64,000 bases of DNA from an uncultured Acidobacteriota bacterium (GCA_963770895.1 CAVYRF010000001.1:704481-768480), one strand, 5' to 3'; positions 31,101 to 38,468 are shown, counted from the first letter of the stretch. Made by a program: numbers and translations. The notes: generated by a model from the sequence alone, not told the origin.

Positions 31101-34100
31101 GAAGAGCTGGCCCTGCCCCGCGACCTCGCCTCGACGCCGCTGTTTCAAGTCATGTTCGCGCTGCAGAACGCGCCCGCGGGGGGCCTCGAGCTGCCGGGCC
31201 TCCGCCTGGCGCCCGTCGCGGTCGGCTCGCGCACCGCCAAGTTCGACCTCACCCTGTCGCTGTCCGAATCCGCCGCGTTCGCTGCTGCGCTCGCACCGGC
31301 GCCGGACCAGGCGGCAACCTTTGCCGGCTGGCTCGAATACAAGACCGACCTGTTCGACGGCGCCACCGCCGAGCGCCTGCTGGACCACTTCGCCGCCCTG
31401 CTCGAGCGCGTCACCGCCGACCCCTCGGCGCCGCTCGCGGACCTCGACCTGCTGGGCGCCGCCCAGCGCCACCAGCTGCTCGTGGAATGGGGGCACGGCC
31501 CGGCGCTCGATACCGCCGGCGCGGCCGTCACCCTCGACCAGTATTTCGAAGCCTCCGTCGACCGCGCCCCCGACGCGGTGGCGCTGGTCTGCGAGCACGC
31601 CAGCCTCACCTACGGTCAGCTCGACCGGCGGGCCAACCGCCTCGCCCATCACCTGCGCCGCCTGGGAGTCGGGCCGGAGACCCCCGTCGCCCTCTGCCTC
31701 GAACGCTCGCTCGACATGGTGGTCGCCATCCTCGCCATCGTCAAGGCAGGAGGCGCCTACGTGCCGCTAGACCCCAGCTATCCGCAAGAGCGCCTGCGTT
31801 TCATCGCCGCCGACGCCCTGGCCGCCGCCAGGCGTCCGGTCCTGGTCACCCGCAGCGGCCTCGCCGGCCGCTTCGTCCGTCTACTGGGTGGGGGCGGTGG
31901 GGAAGGGGAGGGGGTCGGGACCGCCAGCACGCCCTTCCAGCTGGTCCTGGTCGACGCCCACCAGCGGCGCATCGCCCGCGCCCGCGCCAGCGCCCGCCGC
32001 CCGCGCGCCGGCGTGCCGTCCGCCGGTCTGGCCTATGTCATCTATACCTCCGGCTCGACCGGCCGCCCCAAGGGGACGATGAACACCCACCGCGGCATCC
32101 TCAACCGCGTGCTATGGATGCAGGGCGCCCACCCCCTGACCCCCGGCGACCGGGTGATGCAGAAGACCCCCATGTCCTTCGACGTCTCGGTGGGCGAGCT
32201 CTTCTGGCCCCTGCTGGCCGGAGGCTGCCTGGTCCTGGCCCGCCCCGAGGGGCACAAGGACGCCGCCTACCTGGTGCGCCTGGTCTGCGAGCAGGCCATC
32301 TCCATCCTGCACTTCGTGCCGGCCCTGCTCGACCTCTTCCTCGACCAGCCGCAGGTGGCGCAATGCCGCAGCATGCGCCAGCTGGTGGTGGGCGGCGAAG
32401 TGCTCTCGGCCGAGCTGCGAGACCGCTTTCGGGCTCGCCTCCCGCACTGCGAGCTGCACAACCACTACGGCCCCACGGAAGCCGCCATCGACGTTTCGGC
32501 GTGGACCTGCCGGCACGCCGGCGAGCAGGCGCCGGTGCCCATCGGCCGGCCGGTCGCCAACACCTGGCTCTACGTCCTCGACCGCGACCTGCGCCCGCTG
32601 CCGGCGGGGGTGCCCGGCGAGCTGCTCATCGGCGGCGTCCAGCTCGCCCGCGGCTACCTCGGGCGCCCCGACCTGACCGCCGAGCGCTTTGTCCCCGACG
32701 CCTGGAGCGCCGGCGGGCGCCTCTACCGCACCGGCGACCTTGCCCGCCACCGGTCGGACGGCGCCCTGGAATACCTCGGCCGCCTGGACCACCAGGTGAA
32801 GCTGCGCGGCTTCCGCATCGAGCTCGGCGAGATCGAGACGGTGCTCGCCGGACACCCGGCCGTGCGCCAGGCAGCGGTGCTCCTGGTGGATGCGCCGCCG
32901 GCAGGCGCTCAGCTGGTGGCCTGCGTGGTGGCACAACCGGGCGCCGGCACCGGCGCCGAGGCTGCCGCGATCTGGCCGGAGCTGCGCGCCTTCCTCGCCG
33001 CGCGGCTGCCCGACCACATGGTGCCGGCGGCGGTGGTCTGGAGCGCGGCGCTGCCCACCACGCCCAACGGCAAGATCGACCGCCGCGTCCTCACACAGCA
33101 GGCCGCCGACGCCGCGGCGGCGGTACGCGGCACCGCCCTGCCTGCCGCCGCCCCGCCCCGCGATGCCGTCGAAGCCGCCCTGACCGCGATCTGGTCCGAG
33201 ATCCTGGGCCGCGGCACGCTCGACCGCGACGACAACTTCTTCGACCTGGGCGGCCACTCGCTGCTCGCCGTCCGCCTGATGGCCAGGATTCGCCAGCGCT
33301 TCGGCCGCGAGCTGCCCCTGCAGACCCTGTTCCGCGCTGCCACCGTGGGGCAACAGGCGGCGTTGCTGCGAGCCGGCGCGGCGACCGCCGGCCGCTCCAT
33401 CCTGGTCGAGCTGACCCCCATGGCCAGCACCGCCGCCAACGCCGGCACCTCCACCAGCGCCGGCACGCCCACCAACGCCGGCACCTCCGCCGACGCCGGC
33501 ACCTCCGTCAAGGCTGGCAGCCCCGCCGCATCGGAGCCCGCAGCCCGCCCGTTCTTCTGCGTCCACCCCGCCGGCGGCAACGTCCTCTGCTACGCCGAGC
33601 TGGCGCGGTCGCTGGGAGCGGACCAACCCTTCTACGGCCTGCAACTGCCCGACCTGCGAGACCTGCCGCCCGACGCCACGGTCGAGGCGCTCGCCTCCCG
33701 CTACGTGACCGCCCTTCAAGCCGTGGCCCCCAACGGTCCCTATGCCCTGGGCGGCTGGTCGCTCGGCGGAGCCATCGCCTACGAGATGGCCCATCAGCTG
33801 CGCCTGGCCGGCGAACAGGTCGACCTGCTGGCCCTGATCGACCCCTCGCCGCTTTCCGTCACCCACCCGCAGTCGCCGGAACCGGAAGATCCTGAAACCT
33901 CGGCCGCAAGTCCGGCGACGACTGCCAGTGCCGGGATGCCGGCTGCGGAACCGGAAGATGGGAACCACGGCGCCGACGCGCAGCTCGCCGCCGCCTTTGC
34001 CTACGACCTGGCCGCCCTGAGCGGCCACGACGCTGCGCAGCTGGCCGCGGCGCACGCGTCGCTGCACCTCGATCCAACCCGCCCGCTGCCCGACCTGCTG

Positions 34101-34448
34101 GCGGCCGGCCGCGCCGCCGGCCTGCTGCCAGCCGACCTGGCAACCGACGACGTGGAGCGGCTCTTTGACCTCTTCCGTACGACCTGGCAAGCCTTCCGCC
34201 GCTATCGCCCCGAGCCCTACCCAGGCCGCCTAACCCTCCTGCGTGCCGCCCACCGCCGATCGTCCGCCAACGGCCATCCGCCGACAGAGCCCGCCGCCGC
34301 CTGGGCCGCGCTAGCCCGCCAAGGCGCCGACATCGAAACCCTGGCCGGCGACCACTACTCGATCGTCCGCCCACCCGCCGTCGATCGCCTGGCCCAAGCC
34401 CTCCGCCGCCGTCTGACCGCAACCAGCCGCGGCTCCGGCCCCAAGTGA
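22104..34448 (+). CDS. non-ribosomal peptide synthetase, 3 modules: T0-C-A-T-C-A-T-C-A-T-TE
   Basis: 4114 aa. Four carrier motifs (LGLDSL; FFDLGGHSLLATRL; FFHLGGHSLLATQL; FFDLGGHSLLAVRL). Three C domains (HHIVADFWS; HHIAADAES; HHIVSDGWS). Three A domains (A3 AYVIYTSGSTGRPKG / AYVLYTSGSGGAPKG; A5 NxYGPTE; A7 YRTGD; A8 GRxDxQVKIRGxRIELGEIE). Terminal thioesterase GWSLGG. Start is GTG 22104, the first start after an in-frame TAG. Later Met starts are possible. Confidence 0.95.
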   Translation: MSDSEHPFAARGAGAAPQDLAPAGDLDGGDGRDAMLRAAGPEERAALALAWLRRQAAATLDRDAAQLPADRSLVALGLDSLAAAELSGAVENILKVPLGVADLLAGASLAELAGDIARNLDEAAAASHAGQAGGTVHAGDDGRQVVVPEPHRAGAPPPAAPSPRTALSWGQRALWLVDRMAPGNPAYILAGAAHVGVGAARGGDLDVARLCQAITALVARHAALRMRCEQGSDGEVVQVVGDQPLFGWLEVDAGVLSEQGLHELVAEEAWRPFDLARGPLLRVALFRGGGRAPLLVLAVHHIVADFWSLGVMIDQLGALYQGRLLAPLAATHGEHARRQAERLAGPEGEALAAWWRAALPPGAPALELPTDRPRPPVQGFRGGARTRWWERELVGELDRLGRRAGATPFMTLLAAYMTLLHRYTGQPELRVGTPASGRGAPDLSGLVGYFVNPLVVRGELAGNPGFEQLLSRVRQAVLAVFAHQDFPFALLAELLGGARDPSRPPVFQAMFVFYSERRAGERGMSGFALGEAGARLDLGGLTLESVRLPRRGAQVDLTLLAADRDDRDQRAEREGARAVSLQFDSVLFDGATAERMLGHLCALAAAAVADPGCGIRDLPLLTAGERQQVAEWNATAVAWPGDLRLHQLFEEQARRTPDAVAVVVDAATDADADADADTGADTAGAGSRRGPAPPAAGRAVASAACWTYRGLDRRADRLARRLRQAGVGPESVVAILAERSAAMVAGLLAILKAGGAYLPLDPDHPAERLRQMLHDSGAGVLLAQRRLLPRLGEPDAPPVVAAAVLVLDDPDRDDSAQDEQDDPATGGAAFGAAALALAPDGRPERAPPPLERAVHPDSLAYVIYTSGSTGRPKGTMNTHRGIVNRLLWMQQQYRLAADDRVLQKTPLSFDVSVWELFWPLATGACLVMARPGGHRDSGYLLAALAAHQITTVHFVPAMLSDLLAALPPRGDASSGAGPWDAAPAGLRRVVASGEALPYGLQQRYYAALAAPLHNLYGPTEAAVDVTHWATDPDADRRLVPIGRPVANTWIRLVDRQGGLVPIGVPGELCIGGVQLARGYLGRPALTAERFVPDPLGDAAGARLYRTGDLARYLPDGAIDYLGRLDHQVKIRGVRIELGEIEAALLRHPAVREAVVTVAAVADHASPAGADPRLAAYLVTRGAAAPPRAGEPAAGEPAAPPAAPAAAPPSDLADDLRRLLRQSLPEAMIPAAFVVLPALPLSANGKVDRRALPAPRWGAAAVAGTPPRTADQEILAGLFAELLGLTVAGDRSGDSSGNGGSRASGDSSDDGESSGNGGSSGNGGSRGSVDSGGSGAAAGGWVAGTQGGEAADARGVAAASGGEQGGGLGIDQSFFDLGGHSLLATRLLARVRQVFAVELPLRQVFEAPTVARLAAAIAAARRGDLAAAPPLVPLPPAARQGPLALSFAQERMWFLDQLEGGGATYNMPGVLRLAGPLQVAALRAGLAEVCRRHEVLRTTFTVRDGAAGPVARVARPAAAPGPPLPLVDLSGLAAGCRQAVASRLAALEARRPFDLVAGPVLRAVLLRLSGGPPAAAQALHLLLLTLHHIAADAESVEVLARELAALYTAGATGRPPDAAALPPLPVQYADFAAWQRAALSGDRRAAEVAFWREQLAGARGAPPVLELPCDRPRGTVSGRRGARRPVVLPAALAGRLAAVARDHRATLFIALLAAFDTLLGRYGGQDDVAVGVPVANRDRAQIQPLIGLFVNTLVLRLDLSGDPTFGELLGRARQTALAAYGHQEMPFEQLVAHLQPRRAAGESPFFQVVLALQPGLAAPAMAGLAVELAPGDTGTAKFDLSLALDVAPDGSLAGTWTWRAGLFDPATIERLSVQLRQLLAAVAAGEPGPAGRLSELPLLGPAERHQLQREWNDVWQPGGGDLLHAAFERRAAQVPDAVAAVEAGHDGLMGRSLTYGELAARAGRLACRLAALGVAPERIVGVSLPPSLDLLVALLGILKAGGAYLALDPAQPRERRAQILAESSALLVVAASPAAPTAPVTAATAAASSSVIAATTAAAAARPSAVEGLMLLGPDGRAAALGAAAGATPRRTPFPPAPDPDPDNAAYVLYTSGSGGAPKGVVVSHRAVVNRLRYQVAADLAPDSRVLQRARLAFDVSVLELFAPLWAGAAVVLIDAARQQDAGYLARVVAAQQVTNFNAPPALLPALLAEDELRRCRALRRVVLGGERVPVDLAHRFATMMAAGPGAAPLLLSRYGPTEATISVTEWHCRPAPAAPAGSAGPLGWPIAGARLHLLDRHGREVPPSAPGELCIGGICLARAYLARPDLTAAAFIPDPFAAPGEEAGSRLYRTGDLARRRAGGELEFLGRIDRQVKIRGFRVELGDVEAALARHPGVRETAVVDRDEPATGGRRLVAYVVPRQADAGGLEPQALRSFVAEHLPPYMLPAAWVLLDCLPLTANGKLDRRALPEPADLSPAADAAEPAALDGASGRRGAAPRTPAEELLAGIWCQLLGVRQVSIGDDFFHLGGHSLLATQLVSRLSATLAVDLPLAKVFEHPTLAAMASAIEQARGLGGAEPTVAGLAGRLTPAHEAGGGAGRGDGARPVPLPLLPRQAGGAAAQLPLSFAQQRLWFLDRLAPGSPAYNMPLAVRLSGDLDIPALAAGVAALVARHETLRTTFHETAGEPWQRIAPPLAAGASSGAGAGAAATSALPVVDLRALVDAGEPDGEPGGGPGLDAGWPGQPDGFAPLPLPRRALAAALDLAAAAARRPFDLARGPLFRPLLLRLTGREHLWLGTMHHIVSDGWSLGVLVRELTAVYAALAAGREPRLPALPVQYADYAAWQRQRLSGDLLAAQIAHWRERLAGLPARLDLPVDRPRPAVETVAGAQRRWRLAGDVAGRLRQLAAASGATPFMVLVAAFQALLGRWSGQQDLAVGTPIAGRNRIEIEGLIGFFVNTLVLRADLSSGPRRLAFDQLLARTREATLAAYAHQELPFERLVEELALPRDLASTPLFQVMFALQNAPAGGLELPGLRLAPVAVGSRTAKFDLTLSLSESAAFAAALAPAPDQAATFAGWLEYKTDLFDGATAERLLDHFAALLERVTADPSAPLADLDLLGAAQRHQLLVEWGHGPALDTAGAAVTLDQYFEASVDRAPDAVALVCEHASLTYGQLDRRANRLAHHLRRLGVGPETPVALCLERSLDMVVAILAIVKAGGAYVPLDPSYPQERLRFIAADALAAARRPVLVTRSGLAGRFVRLLGGGGGEGEGVGTASTPFQLVLVDAHQRRIARARASARRPRAGVPSAGLAYVIYTSGSTGRPKGTMNTHRGILNRVLWMQGAHPLTPGDRVMQKTPMSFDVSVGELFWPLLAGGCLVLARPEGHKDAAYLVRLVCEQAISILHFVPALLDLFLDQPQVAQCRSMRQLVVGGEVLSAELRDRFRARLPHCELHNHYGPTEAAIDVSAWTCRHAGEQAPVPIGRPVANTWLYVLDRDLRPLPAGVPGELLIGGVQLARGYLGRPDLTAERFVPDAWSAGGRLYRTGDLARHRSDGALEYLGRLDHQVKLRGFRIELGEIETVLAGHPAVRQAAVLLVDAPPAGAQLVACVVAQPGAGTGAEAAAIWPELRAFLAARLPDHMVPAAVVWSAALPTTPNGKIDRRVLTQQAADAAAAVRGTALPAAAPPRDAVEAALTAIWSEILGRGTLDRDDNFFDLGGHSLLAVRLMARIRQRFGRELPLQTLFRAATVGQQAALLRAGAATAGRSILVELTPMASTAANAGTSTSAGTPTNAGTSADAGTSVKAGSPAASEPAARPFFCVHPAGGNVLCYAELARSLGADQPFYGLQLPDLRDLPPDATVEALASRYVTALQAVAPNGPYALGGWSLGGAIAYEMAHQLRLAGEQVDLLALIDPSPLSVTHPQSPEPEDPETSAASPATTASAGMPAAEPEDGNHGADAQLAAAFAYDLAALSGHDAAQLAAAHASLHLDPTRPLPDLLAAGRAAGLLPADLATDDVERLFDLFRTTWQAFRRYRPEPYPGRLTLLRAAHRRSSANGHPPTEPAAAWAALARQGADIETLAGDHYSIVRPPAVDRLAQALRRRLTATSRGSGPK
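25968..26110 (+). repeat. reiterated AGCGGCAACGGCGG(A/C)AGCAG units encoding an roughly 80-aa Gly/Ser/Asp-rich insertion between A1 and T1 of the NRPS
   Basis: Encodes DRSGDSSGNGGSRASGDSSDDGESSGNGGSSGNGGSRGSVDSGGSG. No equivalent linker occurs in modules 2 and 3. Confidence 0.5.
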
Positions 34449-34474
34449 GCGCCAAGCCCAGCGGGCGCGCATAT

Positions 34475-34717
34475 TCAATCGCTCAGCGACCTCTTCTCAC
34501 CCAGCAGATCCTCGATCTCCGCGAGCAGGTCATCAGCCTTTCCAGCGTATGCCCGCGCGAGACCCGCGTCAGTCTCCCGGCGACGCTTTGCTGAAAAATA
34601 GGTTTTGACAGCTGAGCTGATAAAGGCCGAACGACCCTTTTGTTGGGTTTCTGGATCGTCGTCGATCCGTCGCAGCAGCTCTTGATCCAGCCAGATCCTT
34701 ATGGGGCGAGTTGTCAT
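34475..34717 (-). CDS. ribbon-helix-helix (CopG/antitoxin-like) DNA-binding protein
   Basis: 80 aa. MTTRPIRIWLDQELLRRIDDDPETQQKG is a typical RHH N-terminus. An alternative start 13 codons upstream (34756) is possible. It is convergent with the NRPS, and no toxin partner is adjacent. Confidence 0.6.
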   Translation of the reverse strand: MTTRPIRIWLDQELLRRIDDDPETQQKGRSAFISSAVKTYFSAKRRRETDAGLARAYAGKADDLLAEIEDLLGEKRSLSD

Positions 34718-34779
34718 GTTGTGATTATGCAATACAAGTTTGTGTTGTCGGGTCATCAAGTCGCGCGCGGCGCGCGGCG

Positions 34780-35196
34780 TCAGCCGGCGCGGAGCAGCAG
34801 GACGGGGACGTTGACGCTGTGCTGGACGCGGTTGGCGGTGACGCCCAGGAAGAGGTCGGCCAGGAAGCGGTGGCCGTGGGTGCTCATGGCGACCAGGTCG
34901 CAGCCGCGTTCGCGGACCCAGCGGACGATTTCGGTGGCGGGGTCGCCGTAGGCCAGCTCGGCCTGGGCGGGGATGCCCAGGGCCTCGAATTCGACGCGGA
35001 CGGCTTCCAGGTAGGCGGTGTCGTCGCGGATCTCGGGGCTCACGGCGTCGGGGCCGAAGGTGCGGGCGGCCCAGCCGGTGGCGACGTGCAACAGGACGAT
35101 GCGGGCCTGGGTGAGCTGGGCCAGGGGCTTGACGTGCTCGATGATGGCGCGATCGCTCCTGGTGGTGTCGAGGGTGACGAGAATGCACTGATACAT
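34780..35196 (-). CDS. universal stress protein (UspA family)
   Basis: 138 aa. Contains ILVTLDTT...IVLLHV...GDPATEIVRWVRERGCDLVAMSTHGHRFLADLFLGVTANRVQHSVNVPVLLLR. GGAGGGG RBS. Embedded in a longer 188-aa ORF. Confidence 0.85.
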   Translation of the reverse strand: MYQCILVTLDTTRSDRAIIEHVKPLAQLTQARIVLLHVATGWAARTFGPDAVSPEIRDDTAYLEAVRVEFEALGIPAQAELAYGDPATEIVRWVRERGCDLVAMSTHGHRFLADLFLGVTANRVQHSVNVPVLLLRAG

Positions 35197-35216
35197 CGCC
35201 CCTCCTGCGCAGCCGT

Positions 35217-35382
35217 TAGTGGCCTGTCCTGGAGAATTCGAAAGCGGATGGCGCCGGCAATCGGCGGCGGGGGCCAGGCGCGCCGACGCAGGCATAGTCG
35301 GAACTATGTCGAGGAGGCGCAACGCCGCACCCGCCGTCGAGGGCAAGCCAGGCGCTTTCGAATTCTCCAGGACAGGCCACTA
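35217..35382. repeat. perfect 30-bp inverted repeat (TAGTGGCCTGTCCTGGAGAATTCGAAAGCG) separated by 106 bp
   Basis: The arm at 35217-35246 equals the rc of 35353-35382. It lies between the mntH stop and the usp start, and each arm contains GAATTC. Confidence 0.7.
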
Positions 35383-35402
35383 GTGTGCCGCCGCCATGGG
35401 AA

Positions 35403-36794
35403 TCAACCGGTGGGGCCGCCGGCGACGACCTGCCAGGCGGTCCTGAGGGCGTCGGGCAGGCCGTACAGGTCCATGGCGGTGATCAGCAGGGCGCTGGCCC
35501 AGCCGGCGCCGGTCAGCAGCCAACCGGTGCGCCAGGCGCCCATGCGCTGGCGCGAGGCGGTGAACCAGAGCAGCGGGAACATGGCGAAGGGCAGCTGCAG
35601 GGCCAGCACGACCTGGCTCAGGGTGAGCAGGTCGGTGACGCTGCGGTCGCCGTGCCAGGCGATGACTGCGACGGCGGGGACGATCGCGGCGCAGCGGGTG
35701 ATCAGGCGCCGCAGCCAGGGCGACAGGCGCCAGTGCATGAAGCCTTCCATCACCACCTGGCCCGCCAGGGTGCCGGTGATGGTGCTGCTCTGGCCGCTGG
35801 CAAGCAGGGCGATGGCAAAGAGCGCGCTGGCGGCGAAGGTGCCCAAGAGCGGCGCCAGGGTGAGGAAGGCGATGCGGATCCAATCGCTGTCGGGGCGGAA
35901 GGCGACGACCTGGCCGCCGGCCAGGGTGACGCTGGCCTTGCCGAAAAAGACGGTGGCCGCCAGGACCAGGATGGCGGCGTTGACCAGGAACGCGACGCCC
36001 AGCGCCGCGGTCGAATCCAGGGTGTTGAAGCGAATCGCCTGCCGCATGGAGGCCTTGTCGCGCTGCAGCCGCCGGCTCTGCACCAGCGCCGAATGCAGGT
36101 AGAGATTGTGCGGCATGACGGTGGCGCCGATGATGCCGATGGCGACGTAGAGCATACCGCGCTGGCGCAGGCCGGGCGCCGCCAGGGCGCGTCCCATCTC
36201 CAGGAACTGGGGCCGCGTCGCGGGGAGCACGAAGATCTCGGTGAAATAGCAGATGCCGATGGTCGCCACCAGGACCAGGACCACCGCTTCGATGGTGCGC
36301 ATGCCGAAGCGTTGCAGGCCGAGCAGCAGCAGGACGTCCAGGCCGGTGATCACCACGGCCCACAGCAGCGGCAGGTGAAACAGCAGGTTGATCGCCACGG
36401 CGCTGCCCAGCACCTCGGCCAGGTCGCAGGCGGCGATCGCCACTTCGCAGAACAGCCAGTTGGGCCAGCGGGTCCAGGGGGGGAGCCAGTCGCGGCTGCA
36501 CTGCGCCAGGTCCTTGCCGGTGACGACGCCCAGGCGGGCGGCGATGACCTGCAGGAAGATCGCCATGACGCTGGCCAGGGCGACGACCCACAGCAGGCCG
36601 TACTTGAACTGCGCGCCGCCCTGCAGGTCGGTGCCCCAATTGCCGGGATCCATGTAGCCGACGCTGACCAGCAGCGCCGGTCCCGCGAACGCCCGCCAGT
36701 GCCGCCAGAAGCCCTGGTCGGCGCGCGGCACCGCGACGCTCGAATGGACCTCCTGCAACGATTGCGTGGCGGAGGGCGCCGAGGCGGGGCTCAT
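35403..36794 (-). CDS. mntH: NRAMP-family divalent metal (Mn2+/Fe2+) transporter MntH
   Basis: GYMDPGNWGT and ATVMPHNLYLHS signature motifs with about 11 TM segments. The first ATG is at 36794 (MSPASAPS). The ORF track starts at a GTG at 36812, which lies inside the palindrome. Confidence 0.9.
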   Translation of the reverse strand: MSPASAPSATQSLQEVHSSVAVPRADQGFWRHWRAFAGPALLVSVGYMDPGNWGTDLQGGAQFKYGLLWVVALASVMAIFLQVIAARLGVVTGKDLAQCSRDWLPPWTRWPNWLFCEVAIAACDLAEVLGSAVAINLLFHLPLLWAVVITGLDVLLLLGLQRFGMRTIEAVVLVLVATIGICYFTEIFVLPATRPQFLEMGRALAAPGLRQRGMLYVAIGIIGATVMPHNLYLHSALVQSRRLQRDKASMRQAIRFNTLDSTAALGVAFLVNAAILVLAATVFFGKASVTLAGGQVVAFRPDSDWIRIAFLTLAPLLGTFAASALFAIALLASGQSSTITGTLAGQVVMEGFMHWRLSPWLRRLITRCAAIVPAVAVIAWHGDRSVTDLLTLSQVVLALQLPFAMFPLLWFTASRQRMGAWRTGWLLTGAGWASALLITAMDLYGLPDALRTAWQVVAGGPTG

Positions 36795-36803
36795 GTCGGA
36801 TGT

Positions 36804-36817
36804 TTTGAGCACTCAAA
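36804..36817. promoter_or_regulatory. palindrome TTTGAG-CA-CTCAAA 10 nt upstream of the mntH ATG (candidate metalloregulator operator)
   Basis: 6-2-6 perfect dyad. A minus-strand TTGACA hexamer lies about 30 nt further upstream. A DtxR/MntR-family regulator gene is 0.8 kb away. Confidence 0.35.
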
Positions 36818-37036
36818 GTATTGAATCACAGGTACCCGAATTGTGTCAAAGCCCAGGTAGCAGGATGGTGACAGCTGCGCTTTCGGCGCTCGCCGCGCTC
36901 GCGCCGCGCCCGCCATCGTCTAGGATACGGGGCCTGGGCTTGTCGGGCAGCAAGGCCCGCCATCATGCGCTCCGCCCGGCGCGGCTTGCGCGCCGTCGCG
37001 GCAGCCTCAGATCGACCCGATCAAGGAGAGAAAATC

Positions 37037-37417
37037 ATGGGAAACCCGTTCTGCCACGTTGAGCTGACCACGACCGACATGGACAAGGCCAAGAGCTTCT
37101 ACACCGGCCTGTTCGATTGGAATCTCCAGGACGTGCCGATGGGTCCTGGCGGCAGCTACACCTTGATCGGCGTGGGCAAGGACAAGGCCGGCTGCGGTGG
37201 CGGCATGATGTCGATGCCGGGCGCCCCGACGGCGTGGATGGCCTACGTGCTGGTGGACGACGTCAAGGCGTCCACCGAAAAGGCCCGCTCGCTCGGTGCC
37301 ACCATCGTCAAGGATGTGATGGAGGTGCCGGGCGCCGGCTGGATGAGCATCATCACCGATCCGGGTGGTGCCACGCTCGGTCTCTGGGAAGCGAACCCGA
37401 ACGCCCAGCAGTCCTGA
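37037..37417 (+). CDS. VOC (glyoxalase/bleomycin-resistance) family protein
   Basis: 126 aa. AAGGAGAG RBS. Contains MGNPFCHVELTTTDMDKAKSFYTGLFDW and GATLGLWE, typical of the VOC fold. Confidence 0.8.
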   Translation: MGNPFCHVELTTTDMDKAKSFYTGLFDWNLQDVPMGPGGSYTLIGVGKDKAGCGGGMMSMPGAPTAWMAYVLVDDVKASTEKARSLGATIVKDVMEVPGAGWMSIITDPGGATLGLWEANPNAQQS

Positions 37418-37605
37418 TCGCCCAACCTGCCGCCGGCGTGGCTAGTGAGCCGCCTGTACCCGGCGGCCGCGGACAAGCCAGAGCTGGTCGAGGGCAGGCC
37501 CGGCGCCAGCGGTTTTGCTGGTACAGGTCCCTGGTGCCCCGGTCGTCGGGGCACCGGGCGCCCGGTGGGCGGGGTCGGCCGCGGGGCGGGGCCGGCGGCG
37601 CGGTT

Positions 37606-38271
37606 TCAACCGGCGCTGCTGGCGTGGATGCGGCGGGCGGCGGCGGTGCCGACGACGACGGCCGGGTGGCCGGCGGCGCGCAGGGTCACGGCGTCGGCCA
37701 CCGGGTCCAGGCGCTCGACCACCACCTTGCGGCCCGGCACCAGGCCGTGCTCTTCGGCAAAGCGCAGAAACTGGCCGTCTTCGGATTCGACGCGCGCCAC
37801 CTGCACTTCGCACCCCGGCTCGTAGTCGGCCAGGGTGCGGACGCGCAGCTGGACGACTTCCCCCGCGGCGTCGGGGATCGGGTCGCCGTGCGGGTCGGCG
37901 GTGGGGAAGTCCAGCACTTCGTCGATCCGCCGCAGGACCTTTTCGGAAACCGCGTGCTCGAGCACTTCGGCTTCTTCGTGCACTTCGCTCCAGTCGAGGC
38001 CCAGCACCCGCACCAGGAACAGCTCCAGCAGGCGGTGGCGGCGCAGCACGTGCAGGGCGAGCTTTTCGCCGCTGCGCGTCAGCCGCACGCCGGTGCGCGG
38101 TTCGTAATAGACCAGGCGCGCTTCGTCGAGCGCCTTGACCATGCTGGTCACGGTGCCCGGCACGACTCCCATGAGGGTCGCCAGGCGGCCCAGCGGCACC
38201 AGGCGCTCGGGACAGCGCTGCTGTTCCATGTACAGGCGCTTGACGTAGTCCTCGACCGTGCTGGTGGGCAT
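37606..38271 (-). CDS. DtxR/MntR-family metal-dependent transcriptional regulator with C-terminal FeoA/SH3-like domain
   Basis: 221 aa. The N-terminal winged HTH (EDYVKRLYMEQQR...LMGVVPGTVTSMVKALDEARLVYYEPRTGVRLTRSGE) is DtxR-like, followed by a C-terminal FeoA-like domain. Confidence 0.85.
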   Translation of the reverse strand: MPTSTVEDYVKRLYMEQQRCPERLVPLGRLATLMGVVPGTVTSMVKALDEARLVYYEPRTGVRLTRSGEKLALHVLRRHRLLELFLVRVLGLDWSEVHEEAEVLEHAVSEKVLRRIDEVLDFPTADPHGDPIPDAAGEVVQLRVRTLADYEPGCEVQVARVESEDGQFLRFAEEHGLVPGRKVVVERLDPVADAVTLRAAGHPAVVVGTAAARRIHASSAG

Positions 38272-38468
38272 TGCGGGGGGAGTCTACCAGGTAGGGTGGG
38301 AGTCGATTGCGTGCTTTCGAACGGTGCGGCAGGCGGGGACATGGTATCATTTGCGCACATTCGACGGCCAGGTATTTGTCGCCGCCGAGCCGCTGTAGTA
38401 CCTTAGTACCCAATGGCGAAAATGCTGGTGCCTCGGTGGGTCGTGCGACGGGTCAAGGTCACCGCGCA

